From contig OX638150.1 in NCBI GenBank assembly GCA_951804945.1, positions 38,750,001-38,814,000 of the forward strand: 64,000 bases of DNA. Reading direction: 5' to 3'. The DNA is from Podarcis cretensis. Lineage: Eukaryota. Numbering within the stretch: position 1 is the stretch's first letter; each line of letters starts with the position of its first letter. Below the pieces are notes generated by a model, which worked only from the letters and a program-made list of their open reading frames with translations, was not told the DNA's origin and searched no databases. The position numbers were made by a program, and so were the translations under genes. Shown piece after piece: positions 23,701 to 38,700 of the stretch.

Positions 23701-26700
23701 TTCAGAGTACCTTTGTTGAACAGCCCCAGAATATTTTAAAACTCTAGCTGGAGAACTGGGCCCCCCCATGTCCTTTTCATGCAGCTTCAAACTTCCCCTC
23801 AAGGGTTGGGGCAGGCACCTTCCAACTCAGGTTTTTCTTTTTCCTTGACGAAGGTTCAGGATTTAGAAAAGTAAAATCTATGCAGAGAGAATTAATTCCA
23901 GTACTTTTTTTTTTGACAAGAATTATAGAATTATTATATTTGAGTAAAGACTGTCTCCATGCCAACCATTACAATTCGCTATATTTCACAATAGAGATCG
24001 CCGGAATGATTATCAGATATGGTGAGCTCATCTCCACTGTCTTAGACAAGGTTCCTTATCATTTTACTCTTCCGAAGGATGCTTTCATATACACGTTGCT
24101 TTAGGAACAGTGATACAACCCTCGCAGTTGCCTAAGGCATTATTTATCCTGTGTATCTCACCTTAGATCCTTGAAGAAGATGCCTTAAGGACTTCGTTTC
24201 TTCTCTTACTTTTTTGAATTTCTAGGAAGGGTCATTGTATCCACCCCCCATTCCTATTGGAAACCTCAACACTACTGAGAGATCAGAATAATTTACTTTC
24301 TCTCTTCTTATTTGTGAGCCTCTGGTTGGATTTTCCTTTTTTGTGGGGGGCAGGAATCCTAAGAAGCAGATCAGAGAAGCAGCATGGCAGATCTCTGTGT
24401 CCCCCTCTCTGTCTCTCCTTAATTAGCAGAGGACTCAAGGAGATTTTGATGCATCCCTTTTCCTAACAGTCTTGACTTGACCGTTGGTTTTTATGTATGT
24501 AAACATACTGAATCTTCCTCCCCTGTTTGTCCTGCCCCTGCAAAGGGGTAGGTTTTGTTAGTGTTAGAAGAGGAGATTTCTTACCTGGAAATACTTGTGA
24601 GAGATTCGGATCCAGAAACTTCCTTGTTCCTCACACAATCACAGAGTGGACAGTGAAAGCTAGCTTCTAGCTCTTCCGGTTTCTTAGGGAAGAATTCAGT
24701 TCACTCCAATCTAAATAAGTAGGGTAATAGTTACTTCTCCTGATTGGTGGATCCAAGACACAAGCACTAGTTTTCAGGTAAGAAATTTACCTTTATCAAA
24801 ACAATATGATGAAGCAATGTAGTGGTAAACAATGTAGCAAATTGTGACAAAGAAGGTCAGTGGCACTAATTAGTTGATTTTAGCTAGCAATTTAATTGCA
24901 GGTATGTAGTTCATAGGACAAAAGGAAATACTGCATCTGAAATTAAGGCTGGCATGCTATTCCTAAATGGTCTTGCTTGGAGGTAAGCCCCATTTATTTC
25001 CGAGGGATTTACTCTCAAGTAAGGTGGCAGCGGATTATAGCCTTCCATGGCTTTCATGCATTAGTATGAGTGGTTCAAAAAGGCTTTAAATGAACTGCCA
25101 CACACTTTGCTTTTTTTCCTTTTTCCAAAAAGAGAGGTATAGACTAGCCCTTAACAAGGAACTGAAATGTGCTCATTTTGTATATAAAAGGCAGTCTGTC
25201 TTTTCAGTTACTATGTGTGTATGTGTTATTGTGTCATGTGATAACAGCACTGTGTTTTCCTGTCATTTTTACAACTCTTTCCTGGCTGAAGTGATACACA
25301 AGCAACAATGGGTAGTAATCACATTGCCCCGTTCACTTTCAAAAGGAGAGAAGCGGAGATGATCGTGAAACTTTCCAGCAGGCTACAGTAAGCGTAACTG
25401 TCTGTTAGCCCCATTGTCAGATATTTTCATAACAGAAAAAGCAAAAGAAAGAAAAAGGCATGAACACCAATATAGATCCTTGCAGAAATTTGTCATATTA
25501 TGAGTGAATTAATATATATATATTTAAATTATTAAATACTTTCAACATATATTTCATTATTATTGTTTAAAGCTTATTGCTGCATTCGTATTAGCAATTT
25601 CCAATGTTCTGTCCCAGCTGACTGTCATTGACTCTAGAAAGACAGTGTATTTTTTTAAAAGAGTACTGGTATTCAGAGGGTAACTCAGTATTAGTTTACA
25701 AAAATCTCTCCTTTTAAAACCATAAATATTTAATTCTCAAGCATGGTTGACCATAATGGATGGAGTTGATGCAGGTGTTATAAGGTTGTTGCATATTGTC
25801 TCCAAAAAGCCTTCACTGATAGAACAGCTCTAAAACCTGTGAATCAGGTTGTCTTTTGTGAAGTATTATTTCATTTTTGTAGCTGCCATACTTCCAACAC
25901 CTATTGATCTGTAAAACAGCCCCCCCCCCAAACAATTAATGGACCAGTGAAAATGAAACGTATGCTTCTGGTGAAGTAAGCCTGAGGCACAATTGAGGTA
26001 GAATCTACACACTTATAAAAACCGTTCTGGAAATGCTTTTTTAAAAGTGTTTTTTTAAAAAAATACATTGAATTTTCCATAAGGCTCGTCATCACCAACT
26101 AGTGTCACATTGTATATTGCACTTAAAACACACTTAAAATGTTTTATTTGCAGCTGTATAGATGAGTCCCAAGGCAACTGAAGAGTTGCTGTCCATTGCA
26201 CGGGTGTTAGATTTTGTTCTGAATTTTCTTAATTTATAAGTAATTCATATTGGCTTTGAGTACTTCTAAAACATTTTAACATAACATTATAGCGAGTCGT
26301 GGAGGATACGGAAACATTCTGAGAAAATCAAATATTTTCATCAATTTGGCGCAGTTCATCAGGTCCAAATTTCTGAGTCAGGCAATGCAGTACATTTCTG
26401 GGTAACTAAAATGGTGTGACCTTAAAGCTGCTCCCCCAAACAATGCAAATAACTGTGCTAGTTCCATGTTTACCCTTCCAGGAGAATAAAGAGTCTTCTC
26501 TAAGGTCCCCTGCCTCATACTCACTGACAAGAAATAGTTAAACTTGTAATTTAGGAAATTAAACCAATCCTCATATAAAGGAAATTGTATTTTTATACCA
26601 TATTTTAGATCGGACTTAAAACTCCATAAAAAGTTATAATAAGAGAATCTATTTCCTTAAAATATTTTTTGCTGAATGTGAAATTGTAACTTAGTGGTTT

Positions 26701-29700
26701 GGGGTAGAAGACTGCAGGCCTCTGGGGGACTACTTTGTTATTTTCCTTAGACTCCATGAACTGGAGACAGGTATAAAAGACATAAACTTATAATTGAAGT
26801 GTGTTAAGTCCAGGAATTTGCCTTTAAGTTTTGGAACTGAAAAGAGCCTCTAGTGCTTCCTTACAAAAATATACTTTGTCATACATCATTCCCCCCCCCC
26901 CCAGCTTGGTTTCCACAGGGATCATTTTGTTGCAACAGTTGCAACAGTTGAAAGCCAGTCTTTGTCAATCTACTTCACATCACCCAGGGATCTGTCAGTA
27001 GATTCCAATTTAACTACTCTGCTATCCCAAACAGATTATTGGACTCATCATGTTCAAATCACTGATTTTGTTATGTCATCCTATATATATATATGTAATC
27101 AGGCACATCACTGGCTCTGCTCCCTGGGCATCCATGCATAAGGTTATTCTCTGCAGAGATTGGGGTCTCATGCCATGACTATGATGCTTTGCCTTGAAAA
27201 GTGGCAATGCTTACAGGATGCATTTACATCGTTTGATATATTTCTTTGTTGTGATGAAGAGGGACAGGCAATTTTGTCCCAAAGCTTTTCTGCTTCAGTT
27301 TTTAGGCATCTGCAGCAGTATGGATGTCATTTACCAGCACATCTGTAATACCTCTTGTGCAGTGCTGGAAAATCTGGGCAAAGCAAACAAGAATGATCAA
27401 GCAGGATTCAAGAGTGCATGTTGTCTTGCCAGGGCAGCAATATTACTAGATGCCTTGCCTCTTGGGAAAGAAATACTGCCTCTGATTGTTGGCTGTTGAT
27501 GGTCTCACTCCTGTGAAATTATTTCTGTGTCCTTTCAGTTGCTGGTAGTTCGTTCATTTTTTTTTTGTTTGTCATACTATAAAATGTGGCAAATGATTTT
27601 ACTAGCGTAAGCACTTACAGGTGTTGCAATAATGGCTTTCAAGCTCCATAGCACTCCTTCTCATGGTAAATCTGCCCCCTTAGCATGAAGGCCTTTTAAA
27701 ATGTTCTTTTGCCATAGATTTGACTAATTGTTCCATTGTCTGTTGCAAAGTGTACTGTTATAACCACAGCACGTACACTTATTTTCTGTAGACCTGGAAA
27801 GAATTAAAACCGGTTTATTTTGTTAATCTATAAATTCTGAGAACTGTTGTAGTGAGAATTGCCCTCCATCCAGTTGGCTTTCCAAACCCTTAAGAGCAAG
27901 GTAGTGCTATGTTATCTTCCTGTACTAGAATATTGCTTTGTAGCCTTGCAGTGTGCTGCTGTTAAGGTTTTACTACTCCGCAGAGATCCTGGGCTCATAG
28001 ATCTCTCATTCACAAGGACCCCTTCTACATAATGCCCTGATTGATGGCAATCAGGAAGCATTAACGTATGATATTTCTGATAAGGGGATTTAGAGCTATT
28101 GTGGTATTACCATAAAAACAGCTCTTTCCCTCAGTACTATTAGTCTGTGTGGAACAGTAGTGATCAGAACTGTTATCCCACGGGCAATGTGTGATTGGCA
28201 ACACTGATCACCTGCAGGTGCATTTGTACAGAAGTCCTCTGTGCATAATTCCCCTGTCAGTATTTCTTATTGAGTCACAAACAGTTTGTTAAAGCTTTAT
28301 CATCCTTGGAACAAGAATGCTAAAGTTTGGGGTTTTAGCTGGAGCTGTATACCTGTCCCAAACCTTTGAGTTCTGTTTCAGCAGCTGTCTAGCAACTTGT
28401 ATGCCTTCTAGATTGGCCTTATTAACTAGTATATGGTTCTCGTTCTACAAGAAACTGAGGTATATCCTTGTAAATTCCCCAAATCTGATGGCTTACTCTA
28501 GCAGAAGGTAAGATGGAAAAAATGAAATACTCCCCTCCAGAGAGTCAGAAACATTAAAAACAATAAAACAAACAGGCAATATGCCTATAGAAAAAGAACG
28601 GTCTGCTGTGAACCAGCAGCTGCACTAATCAACTAATTTTGTCTGAATTAGGTTTAAATTCCTTTAGCTCCATGCAATACATTACCAGCCTCAGTCACTG
28701 ATTCTGTTAGGACTAAAATGGAAATGAGAGATGGGAGAGGTGTTCAGGTTCTTGTCTGAACATGTAAGCACCAAATTGTGTAGGGATTCTGGGTCCAGTG
28801 TACAAGCCCTGACCCCAACTTCATCATGCACACTTCCCTCATTCAGTCCCTGACCTTCTCTTGTGTAGGGAAGGTCTGTGTAGGAATTCTCCTCATGTGA
28901 ATGCAAGCACAACTCTCTTTGTGATCAATCATCTACAAGTGAATGTGGGTAGAATCCCTATAGAAGATGGGAAGGTTTGGATACTGAGCAGGGAAGAAGC
29001 GTGTGCAGTGACATTGAGGGTCAAGCTTGCATGCATGCTTCTGTCCCTCTATGTGGTTTAGTACTTTTGTACTCATGCCTATACACAGTTGGAGTTGGGT
29101 GTTATCAACTCCTGATGACATAGCACTCCAAAAACACTGAATAATCTTGTGCAGTGGTTTCTCGTAGATGTCAGACACCATGAGGCACAGAATTGAACTT
29201 TTCTCCCTTGTTGGATATTCTTCAGTAATGTTAATTTAAATTTGATATGTATATTTTAAACACTGTTGTGCACCACCCTAAAATGATGTTAAGAGTGGTA
29301 CAGAAATGTGTTGTATATATATTAAGCTCTGCTTTCCTGCAGCTTTCCTAGCAAAAGGACAGTACATATTGAAAATGAGGATTTGTTCTGGTGTTACTTA
29401 AATACAGTAACCTTAAATGGATTTGTGTTGATGTGCAGTGACATTGACTTAAACCTTCGCTGTGGACAGAACCCTGATTTACTTTTGTATACTTTGGTTT
29501 ATAATTGTATTTTGAGTGCTACTATGACTTCTCTCTCCTTTCTCCTCCTTATCAAAACCAAAAGCTTCTGGTAGCTAAATTAATTACTTAGTATTTAAAT
29601 TTTAATATTTGGTTGTATGAAAAGGAAAATGGAAGTAGTTTGCACACACAACTAAATTAGGCAGATCTTCTAAGCATCCAAATGATCCTTTCACCTAGGT

Positions 29701-32700
29701 ATCTGAAGGGTTGATTAATGATAGAATCAGAAACGGTATCTGCCTTTGACTTTAAGATAAAAATATTGGAATTCCACGGAAACCTGTTAGATATTGTTTT
29801 ATTCATTACTTAACCTAGAGGGAGGCGGGGTCCTAGCTGAGCAGCTCAGGCTTGTGACAGTTTGGCCACATCTATCCCAAGGTTATCAGGGTGGGGACAA
29901 GCCATTTGAATTCTTTGACATGTCACTGATGTTTGAGTCCTGGGAATCTTGTCTTAGCAAGATGGTGAGCTATGCTCTTGTTATATGTGTGTTATTTTGG
30001 GGTATTTAAGTAACTAGCCATAATGCCCCCCCCCAAATTAGTCATACTATGATGATGTCAATATTATTTGTATGAATTTTCAGTATCCTAGGAGTAGCAG
30101 ACTTTGGGAGCAGTGTATGTTTTTGTAAACAGGTTCTGGATGTTCAGCCTTGTAGCTGCAGAAGACAATTAGCAGGACATCAGTTTACTTTTTTGTAGGA
30201 TCTGGGGTGTCTGTTTCCCTATAGGTTGTTTTTTCTCAGGTTTATTTAAAAGCACGAGTATTTCATATTACCAGTATCCTGCAATGTGCTAGAAGATTGG
30301 GAGCAATTAATGCCCAACACCTGTGTAATGTGATTTCTAAGACAAATTGCTTTATCTTTAGCAGGTGCAAATGGCAAAGCTTACAATCTATTTATTCTTT
30401 TTTGTTTCAGCTTCTCTCAGCTTCTAAATTCTTTTCTTTTCCTTTTTCATTCATTAACATTTTGTAGAAAGGTCTTGTAGGTGGTTTATTTATGACACAG
30501 ACAGGAATTCAGAGATGCTGATAGATTATTTTTTTGCTCGGTATTATGTTGCCTCTATATTTATCTTGTATAGCTGAATCTATATTAAAGATGACATACC
30601 AAGATCAGTGAATGATGGAGAAAGGGAGAGAGATACTTCATCATCTTCAGAAATTGGTGTTCTTACGTAATGCCAAGCCTTTGTATTGCACCGTTCTGTA
30701 TTTCCTCTTTTGTGGCAAACTGCAGTTGTAAGCCATGATCAAACCATGGTTTGCATTTCAGATTGCAGACAAACTTTGGTTTGCACAAACTGTTTTTGCC
30801 TATTTGGATGTAACTGCAAACTGGTTTGCCACAAAAGAGGATGTGTAACAGTGTGCAAGGGGAGGAAGGTGTGTACATGCCCAAGGCTCTGTTTGAATTG
30901 AGCCAGTGTCTAGGAACTAAAAAGCCTTAGGTCAAGCCTTTTTGCTATCTAATATTCTTTCATTGGTTTTAGAGGGTCTTTCTTGAATTCATGTTTGGAC
31001 TTATTCCAAAACTAGTATTGCAGTGCCTTTGTTGAGTTTGCTAAGTAATTTGATTAATTTCCCATAATTTTACTTGAGTGATTACTTCTGAAGTATTCTC
31101 TGCTCTTACCATAATCACAGTTTGTGATAAATGTACAAATATCCACATTAAATTTTCAGCTATCAGGTTTGACAAGTTCTTTGATTCAGGGCTGAGAGGA
31201 AGGGCTTTAAAACTATGAAGCACTTCTAAAATTGCAGCTGAGGAGCCCAGAGTTTAACAGTCCAATCCTAAACATGCTTAATAATAATAATAATCTTACT
31301 GAATTCTTTGAGACCTTCCTCTTACAAAGTAAGCTTCATTTTCAAACATTTGACAGTGATGGGTAGAAGATACTGGAGACTTTCACATTTGTCTTGAGAT
31401 GAACACTGTTCATATTGGAAGACAAAAATAGAAAAACTGTATTTCTTCATGCAGAACCACTTGTCAGCAAGAAAAGAAACCTAACACAGCTGTGGAAGTC
31501 TGTTCGACCCAATGTAAAAAATATCCTTTATTACTGACGCAAAATTCTGCACACTTCTTCTAGCCTTAAAATATGCACCAGCGGCTTTGTGGCTTTTTGA
31601 CTAATCTTCTTTTACTTCAAAAATACACTGACAGAATATTGGCTCTGCGTGTATTTTTGGAGTTAACATGATCCCTTCATTTTTTCTGTTTTCTATTAAT
31701 ATTTATAAACTCTTCTTGGAAACCCAACAGCCACAGGTATGGGTTTTCTTTATGGTGTTATCAATGCAGGCAATAAAAGGAGAAAGACAATCACCAGCCT
31801 AAACTTAACTCTAGAAGAATATAGTTGCTTTATGTTACGTAGCATAACTAATATTATCCTTCTGCATTTCATAGGAATATAATACAGTTTTATGCAGGAA
31901 TTTATAAACAACCACAGAAATAGACATACAGTTATTGTAATATAAGAGACAGATGGTCTTGATTAATAGCTTTAAAAAAATCTAGTTGCTTTAGGTGCAA
32001 TTGTTTAGAGTATCCTGCCCTGTTACCTCCATCTAGATTAGATCCTTCATGGAAAGTATATTATTGCATTAGCTTTATGTTCACTACTCTGTATAAATGC
32101 ATTTAATCAGTGCTGTAAGAGAGAGAAAGTTTTCAATTGATATAAAATGTGGCAAAATTCCTTCCCAATTTTTTTTTGGCAGAGAGAGACTGAGAACACA
32201 CAGCATTGAATCATCAGGAAAATTGAAGATTTCCCCTGAACAACATTGGGATTTTACTGCGGAGGACTTGAAAGATCTTGGAGAAATTGGACGAGGCGCT
32301 TATGGTTCTGTCAACAAAATGGTCCACAAACCAAGTGGGCAAATTATGGCTGTTAAAGTAGGTGATGCCCGTAATTATTCTTGTACTTTCCAACTGCAGG
32401 GGCAATATATAGTGGATAATTTAATATCCATCCATCTTGCGCTCAGCAGTTGTTTTCTTTCCCCCGCTATCTGTATATTTTGCCTTGTAGTTTAGTGTTA
32501 TTAAATACTTAACTGGTTTGTAAAATTATGGGTTATAAAATTTAAGGAGAACATCTAATATACGTAAGCTTCTTTTTAACACAAACTGTATATATACTGA
32601 GACCCTTTATCTCTAGGTTCCTGGTTTTAAATCCAGCTCAGGTTTATTATTCTTAAATGCACTTTTGCAGTGGACAGGTCAGGGTCCTTTGTGAAACAAG

Positions 32701-35700
32701 CTAGTTGCCTTGCTACAGTAGTTTTCATTTTTCCTACTTATCTACTTGCACCAGTGTGTTTTCAAACTGCTAGGTTGGCAGGAGCCTCGGACAAAGCAAC
32801 AGGAACTCACCCCATCATGTGGATTCGAACTGTCGACCTTCCATTCGGCAAGCCCAAGAGGCACAGTGGTTTTGACCACAGCACCACCTGCGTCCCACTC
32901 ATTTCTTGTAATACTCTTTTAACAACACTAGGCTATAAAATAACTTGAAGTGAAGGCAGAATTGAGCCCTGTACTCAGTCTAGTTATCAACAAATATACT
33001 GGCATGTTTCAGAACATGTAGGCCACTAGTCATCAAGTATAATAGGAGTAGAAGAGGGCGTGACCCGTATGCTTTATGGAATATTAAATGTTCTTCACCC
33101 TGCTTTTTCCAGCATCTGTGTCTGTGAGCTACATAAGTGACTTCTGGCCTACAAGGAATCCATTCTGTCTTGTTCCCTCCTCTCCCTGAATTTGTAGGGT
33201 GGCACATGCCATATTTTTTTCTGTGTAGCCATGCATCTGCTGAGTCCTGTTGAGGGTCAATATTTGGGTTTTCCATAGCAACAAATTAAGGTTTGTTACC
33301 AAGTAAATAGGTTGGTACCAACAAGGAGTTGCGTCCAGTGTGGACTGCTTCACACTTTGATTAGCCAGGTTTCGCTTGTGTATGCTGCAGTATAGCACAC
33401 AAAGTATGAATGCAGAGGTGGACATTTGTAAACACAATGGACAGGCTACCTGAGAGACACATCACATTGCATCTCCCTGATACATCTTTAGTGGGTCCTT
33501 GGAACATTTAAGGATTCACATAGCTTCCATGTTGACCTCAGCAACTGTCATACATTTATCTGTATGATAGACACAATTGCCATATTCAAACTTTGCTATT
33601 ATGGTGCTGTTTAATCCATTCCCATGTATTCAGTAATAAATACTAAATAATAATAAATTATGGGAGGAATTCAGCATTCCTCTATTATAATGATTCTCTC
33701 AGCTTGCCATACAGGACGATCTCCTCCCTGCCCCCAGATATGCTTTTCTGGAGGTTCCCACAATCACTGGAACCAGTTTGATCTTCCCAGGATCACTCTA
33801 CCTTGATTTGTGCTCAGCTTGTGTTTTCTGTGGGAAGTCTTGATAATAGGTGGGTGTTTTATGGTAAAATGATGCTGGAAAAAGATTCTATATAGATGGC
33901 CAGTAAAATAAAAGTAAAAGAAAAGAAATAATTCTAAAATTCCATAGACAAAATTCTACAGAAAATAGGAAGGTCAGGCAGATACCAGCAGCCACTGAAG
34001 AAAGGGAAATATGGTAAAGAAATATTAGGAGAGGAATTCCGGAGAAGAAAATGGGAGCAAAGTCAGAAAACTCTGGAGATAAACTGCGTTTTTGCAGGGC
34101 TCTTGAAATCAAGGAGAGCACAATGGCAAGTGCTTTGCATATTTGGTCATGGGATTCCTTGGGAATACAAAGATTGGATAATGTATTGTATACAAAGGCT
34201 AGGAATAGTTCCAAGCTGAAGGGAATTGTGAAGGTTAGGGGGCATTGGCCTATATGCAGCTTAGGTATTGCCCAGAGAGTTAAGAAACACTGGAAAAAGG
34301 AAAAACAGATGGAGTGTGTTATATTTGCAGTTGTGTTTTAGAGTTCCCATTTCATCTTCTGTGTAACAGGCAGTTCTTTACTTGGATCATTCTGTTCTGC
34401 CCATCACTTCCTAAGCAAACAGTTGAGCTGCTTACTATTTGTACTCTGGAATGTGTAATGGCTTTACAGCTGTGGAATAATTGTGCCCAGAAGAATTGTA
34501 TAGTGTCTCCAGAACAAAGCAGAACCGTCCCATGCCTGCTATTATAACTTTCTCAAGTGGTTTTGGTCAGCATTTGTTTGGTGGGGGAGGGTATTTTTGT
34601 TACTCTTAACAGTTAGCATATAGAGATCCATATTGTTATGCTATAACTAGGGATATTTTTGTAAAGTGTCTTCTTGGGGCCACATTACGTGCTAATGTTC
34701 AAAGCATTTTTTATTGTGTGCTTAGAATTGACCTTTTTCTTTAGAAAAACAGGGGTGTGGGTGTTCATGCTGATTTTCGATTGGGGCTGGAAGAGAGGTT
34801 AGCTGTTTAGCCCTGCACTGTTTTCCCTGGAAAATCACTCTATACAGAAGCTTTTTTGCCCCAGAAGGTGATAGCAAATTGTGGGTAGTACTGGAGGAGG
34901 TTGCCTAGAAAATAGCAATGGGTAAAGGATCAAAATCTGGATTAGGATTAGGATCCACTGCAGTTAACTTTTCTAAAAGGAGAGACATGACACAGTGCCT
35001 AAAAACACTTTTAATGTGCCATGCAGTTTGGCCCTTAGTCACAGATTGGCTACCAACGTGTCATATTCTTTATGGAGGGGGTGGGGGACCTTAGGCCAAG
35101 GGACCAAATATGGTCCTTAGTAATCTTTCCAGACCATGCTTCCTCTCCAAGCCACACCTGTGGCCAGCCTTGCACTGCGGCCTACTCAAATGTTTTTGTT
35201 AGGCTGGAATGTGTCCCATGAATTGAGTCCTGAACTGAAGAAAATACTGCCTAATAAAAGGGAATATTCATCCTCAAATATGGATCGTTGCATGATAATG
35301 ATAGCTTAAGTCAGCCTTCCCCAACTTGCTGTCTTCCTATCATCCTAAACTACTGGACAAGGTGTGGTGGTTAGACTTCTGGACTAGTACCTTGGAGATC
35401 AGGTTTGAATCCTTCCTCAGGCATGTAACTCTTTGGTTGTCCTTGAGCTAGTTGCTGTTCTTCAGCCTAACCTTCCTTACAGGTTAGAGGTTATTTATTT
35501 TTCTTAAAAATCACCTGAGCTGATTAAAATGGTTCAGATGACATGTCAAAGCCCATGGGTTTGGCCTGGAGTGTGGAAGGAGTTAAGCAGGTGCTTTTGA
35601 ACAGTACATGGTTCATGTGGGTGAGCCCATAATAAGATATTAATGTGACATGCAAACACAACTAGTTCTGTTTACTTTAATTATGATATCTCTTCCTTTC

Positions 35701-38700
35701 TTATTCTTTCAGAGAATTCGTTCGACAGTGGATGAAAAGGAACAGAAACAGCTTTTAATGGATTTGGATGTAGTTATGCGAAGTAGTGATTGCCCATATA
35801 TTGTTCAGTTTTATGGAGCACTCTTCAGAGAGGTGGGCACTCAAAATCTGCTTAGTTTGTAACAGATTTAGTTAATACGTTTTATGACGTTTTAATGGGT
35901 AATGAAGCACATTAACTGAAGGGCAGGCAGTATACAATTTGCAAGGGTAAACTAGTTTGGTGGGGGAGATGCAGGTAAAGAAAACATTAGCACTGCTTTA
36001 TCTCTAAAATGCCTATTTCATTTCAGTGCTTCTCAAAAGGTTCATTATAATCATGTGTTATACACTTGTGGCTTTCAAACTTTCTACCTTTTATTACATT
36101 TCACTTTTATCACATTCCTCCTCTTAAGGAGGTTGGGATGGTGCACATGGTTCTCCCCCATTTTTATCACAACAACCCTGCCCGGTAGGTTAAACTGAGA
36201 TATAATAGCTGGCCCAAGATATTGAGAAGCCTAGTAAGCATCTGACTACTCCAGGGGTCACGAGGAATGCAATGCCATTGTATTTTGGGGTGGACAATTG
36301 CTATTGTATTCGAATGTCACATGCCACCTAACTACCGTATATACTCACGTATAAGCTGACTTTTTCAGCACATTTTTAATGCTGAAAAAGCCCCCCCCCC
36401 TTGGCTTATACTCGAATGAGGGTCCCACCTGAGCGCATTTTCAGCAACCCCTCGTCGGAGCAAGCTGTTTGCTGCCGCCGCTCGTGCTGCCACTGCTCTG
36501 CCAAGCACGGCTCCTGTGCCTGCCCTTGCGAGTGGCAGAGGTTGTTGGTGGTGGTGGAAGAGGAATGAGCAGCCTGAAAGCAGCCCTTTTGGGCTGCTCG
36601 TTCTTCCTCCGACGCTGCTGCCACCAGCCTCTGCCCTCGGTAGGCAGAGAGACTGGAGGGGCTGGGGGAGAGAGAGAAGCCCCCTCTGCCGTGTGCGCAT
36701 GCGCATACACACTCTCCGGCCCACTAGGAGGTTTGTGGTGTGGTGAACCGGCTTATACTTGAGTCAATAGGTTTTCCCAGTTTTTTGTGGTAAAATTAGG
36801 TGCCTCGGCTTATATTCAGGTCGGCTTTTACTTGAGTACATATGGTAATTGATTAGATCAATTGTAATTTGACAAAAGAGGAAGCAGAATATTTTGTGAG
36901 GCAGACCAACTTGAAGTTTGTTCACAGAAATATGTATGTTCTGCTTTGTCTCTCTTCGTAAGGCAAAGGTTTGCATCGGTGTTGGTTTGTATATCTGAGG
37001 ACCTTCTTTTCTATGCTTCCCTTTCCATCACAGCTTAGCAAGAGTTGCACATTGACCACCCCATATGTGTATTTCAGATTAACAATAATAAAGCATGTCT
37101 TGCTTACTGCTTTTTTATTCTTAGGGTGACTGTTGGATCTGTATGGAGCTCATGTCTACCTCGTTTGATAAATTTTACAAATATGTATATAGTGTATTAG
37201 ATGACGTTATTCCAGAAGAAATTCTAGGCAAAATCACTTTAGCTGTAAGTATTCTTTCTATTCTCACTGCTGCCTTTTTTGTGTGTGCACACTTCTGCTT
37301 AGATTTTCAAATCCAGGATCTAGGCGGGAGATGATTTGACTTATTTAGGCTTGTTGCTGTGAAACCTAACGGTTTACCATATACTGCTCAGTCTCTGCCA
37401 GGGCGGCTTCAGAATTTTTTTTTCTTCTGGTGGTGGAGGGGCACAGAATGTACAAAATATACTTCTAGGTGGGTGGGTTGTGTCCCACATGCTAAGATCT
37501 CTGAAAGAAAAATAGCAGTAGATGCCAATGACAGGAGTCCAGCAACGGGGAGGCAAGAGTGGGGGTGAGCTCCTTGGTTGGGGAGTGCACTGCCCCCTAT
37601 CCCAGCACCACCCATGGCCCCTGCTAGCACAAGCAGGAAACAAACCATGGTCTTACACAACCATTTCTATTACATTTTGTTTGCATTAGCTACACTGTAA
37701 CATGGTATAGCTATTAAATGTTTAAAGGGATGCGCCTGCATTTCTGCCTTATAAGCTGTCTGAGATGCATCTTTAAATTGTTTGGCTTTGGATTGTGTAA
37801 TAGGAGGCATATTACTATTTTTGTTCTCAATAAAATTTCTCTTTCTCTCCTAGACTGTGAAAGCACTAAACCACTTAAAAGAAAACTTGAAAATCATTCA
37901 CAGAGGTAGGCTTTTCTGGATTTGTCTTTCTTACTGTGTGGTATGCCTGTCACACGCAGTTCTTCCTGAGCGTGCCTGTAGATTATGCAAAATACATTTG
38001 TGAGCCGACTATTTGGGGTATTCCACATGATCATTTTATGTTTCACTATGTCCGTGTGAGCTTTGGTTCTCTTGGGCTACCAGTTGGAGGCTGACATTAG
38101 GACGGAGCCAATTGACAACACTCATTGGGTGTTCCATTTTTTAAGTCACAAGTTTCTGTGTGCAGAACAGGGGTATAGTCCTATGGGAGGGGGTTTCTCC
38201 CATTTAAGTCTCTCACACACCAAAGCTGCTGCCATTGGTTGGTTGCTTGGCTGGCTGAGGTGCCTAGTTTGTTACTCCTTAACAAGCCAGGATTTGTAAG
38301 CCAACAACAAACCATGGTTTAAGGCTGGCTAGTGATCCTGGTTTGTAAGGGAGCAACAAACCGAGATCCTGAGTTCGGATATCATGGGAAGCAAGCTCGA
38401 ATCCAGGTTCCTGATTTATTTCTCCTGTTAATTCCAGAGTGGGAGTGACTCTACTTTCTGTGACATGCAGTTGCTGTCTTTAGTCGTAACTTTGTGTCTG
38501 ACGCTATGTAACTTTCAGCAGTTAGAAACTGAAGTGCTTTGGTTGCAGCTTATCTGCTTAAATATGTTTCTGTTTGCCCACATCTGTTGCAGATATTAAA
38601 CCTTCCAATATTCTTCTGGACAGAAACGGAAATATTAAACTCTGTGATTTCGGCATTAGTGGACAACTTGTAGACTCCATTGCCAAAACCAGAGATGCTG

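Noticed and set aside
18663-32182. miR-744, the intronic miRNA of mammalian MAP2K4
   Set aside because: I saw no match to its mature sequence and no convincing pre-miRNA hairpin. The short ccagcac/gtgctgg stem near 27335-27368 is too weak.
36365-36762. Cluster of GC-rich ORFs and an apparent small CpG island
   Set aside because: This is the interior of the Tc2-like element 36335-36845, with no transposase or other protein motif.
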